Shown: positions 63,380 to 64,000 of the stretch, in pieces | Layout of the letters: each line of letters begins with the position of its first letter | Numbering within the stretch: the stretch's first letter is position 1 | IMG/VR virus record: IMGVR_UViG_3300031413_000001 | Origin: a virus | Taxonomy: Duplodnaviria > Heunggongvirae > Uroviricota > Caudoviricetes | DNA: 64,000 nt | Reading direction: 5' to 3' (one strand) | Position numbers and translations under genes: made by a program | The notes under the pieces: generated by a model | What the model was told of the DNA's origin: nothing | Seen by the model: only the letters and a program-made list of their open reading frames with translations | Database searches by the model: none

Positions 63380-63729
63380 TGGTGCCGGGTCCTGATCTGG
63401 ATGCAGATATTGCCCGTAAGGTTCTTGGTGTCATCGTAATAAGTGACACCAAGACCGGAAAGTATCAACTCCGAGACACTGCCAATAGGCGGTTTCTTGA
63501 TGTTCCCCCATACAGCACGGACACCACAACCGCGCATGAGTTGATCAGCAAGTACAAGGCAGCGGGCTGCACCTTTCAGATCAATGCCCCCAGGGAAGAT
63601 GATCAGTGGAATGTGACCATCTCTCATCCGCAGATCTCTGGCGTGAACTTTGGAGCAGGTGGAAGCACCTTGCCCCACGCGATATGCCAGGCGATTCTGC
63701 AATTCTCCCAACTCTTTAAGATTGGATAA
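63379..63729 (+). CDS. hypothetical protein
   Basis: 116-aa ORF, ATGA-coupled to the bS21-like gene. Confidence 0.45.
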   Translation: MVPGPDLDADIARKVLGVIVISDTKTGKYQLRDTANRRFLDVPPYSTDTTTAHELISKYKAAGCTFQINAPREDDQWNVTISHPQISGVNFGAGGSTLPHAICQAILQFSQLFKIG

Positions 63730-63733
63730 CATC

Positions 63734-63940
63734 ATGGCGTTTATTCTAGGCGTACTGGTCGGACTTATCGTCGGCTGGAACTTTTTCCCACAGCCCGCAA
63801 GCATCGCAACAAAGATTGCCAAGCTACGCGGCAAGGCACCGGCAACGGTTGCCAACCCAGTGGTCACTCCTGCTCCAACGTACACCGTTGATCCAGTGGT
63901 TCCCACGACGACTACCTACAACGATCCAACTCGTCTGTAA
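63734..63940 (+). CDS. small membrane protein
   Basis: ATG at 63734 (MAFILGVLVGLIVGWNFF...). One TM helix, then a Thr/Pro/Val-rich tail. Followed by a terminator. Confidence 0.4.
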   Translation: MAFILGVLVGLIVGWNFFPQPASIATKIAKLRGKAPATVANPVVTPAPTYTVDPVVPTTTTYNDPTRL

Positions 63941-63945
63941 TGTGA

Positions 63946-63971
63946 AAAGCGGGAGGAAACTCCCGCTTTTT
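63946..63971 (+). terminator. intrinsic terminator (GAAA tetraloop)
   Basis: aaagcgggag-gaaa-ctcccgcttt followed by ttcc. Confidence 0.8.
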
Positions 63972-64000
63972 CCATGGATGATAAACATCCAGGTTTCCTC

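Noticed and set aside
1-64000. Search for CRISPR arrays, rRNA, transposases/IS elements and integrase or att sites
   Set aside because: No spaced direct-repeat arrays, no rRNA-like conserved stretches, and no DDE-transposase or tyrosine/serine-recombinase motifs were seen in any frame. Absence by eye is not proof.

Overview
Dense, mostly operon-like coding sequence (about 52-55% GC by eye), read as a virus-like genome segment and most plausibly part of a very large dsDNA bacteriophage. This is an inference. The evidence is a T7/T4-type primase plus DnaB-family helicase, class Ia ribonucleotide reductase (nrdA, nrdB, glutaredoxin), a T4-style split type II topoisomerase (gp52-like and gp39-like subunits), a PAAR spike-tip protein, an HNH endonuclease, a lysis-type cell-wall hydrolase, very short or overlapping (ATGA) gene junctions, and many intrinsic terminators with GAAA tetraloops. 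The window is unusually rich in host-like genes for signalling, translation and membrane function. These include a hybrid PAS histidine kinase and a separate single-domain response regulator; a four-gene membrane module (YqiJ/NfeD-like, flotillin/YqiK-like, XpaC-like, TelA-like); a secreted thermonuclease; a NADAR-domain protein; a CCA-adding enzyme; ClpX; IF3; a bS21-like protein; and a protein carrying a ribosomal bL12 C-terminal-domain motif. There is also an apparently circularly permuted (two-piece) tmRNA gene whose tag reading frame is ANDNTVVEARLAA and which has its own sigma70-like promoter. That tag and the permuted layout point to an alphaproteobacterial-type host, which is an inference. 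The most striking unexplained structure is an expanded family of about 21 small paralogous proteins with a hypervariable N-terminus, a central Trp (often WCxxxC) and an invariant C-terminal module ...DAMLFKL(T/A)WGG. Sixteen copies are packed head-to-tail on the minus strand (48869-53436) exactly between the two topoisomerase II subunit genes, and further copies lie at 38793-39041, 41076-41904 and 44680-45276. No rRNA, CRISPR array or transposase/IS element was detected. All calls rest on motif reading of the supplied six-frame translations; no database search was possible.
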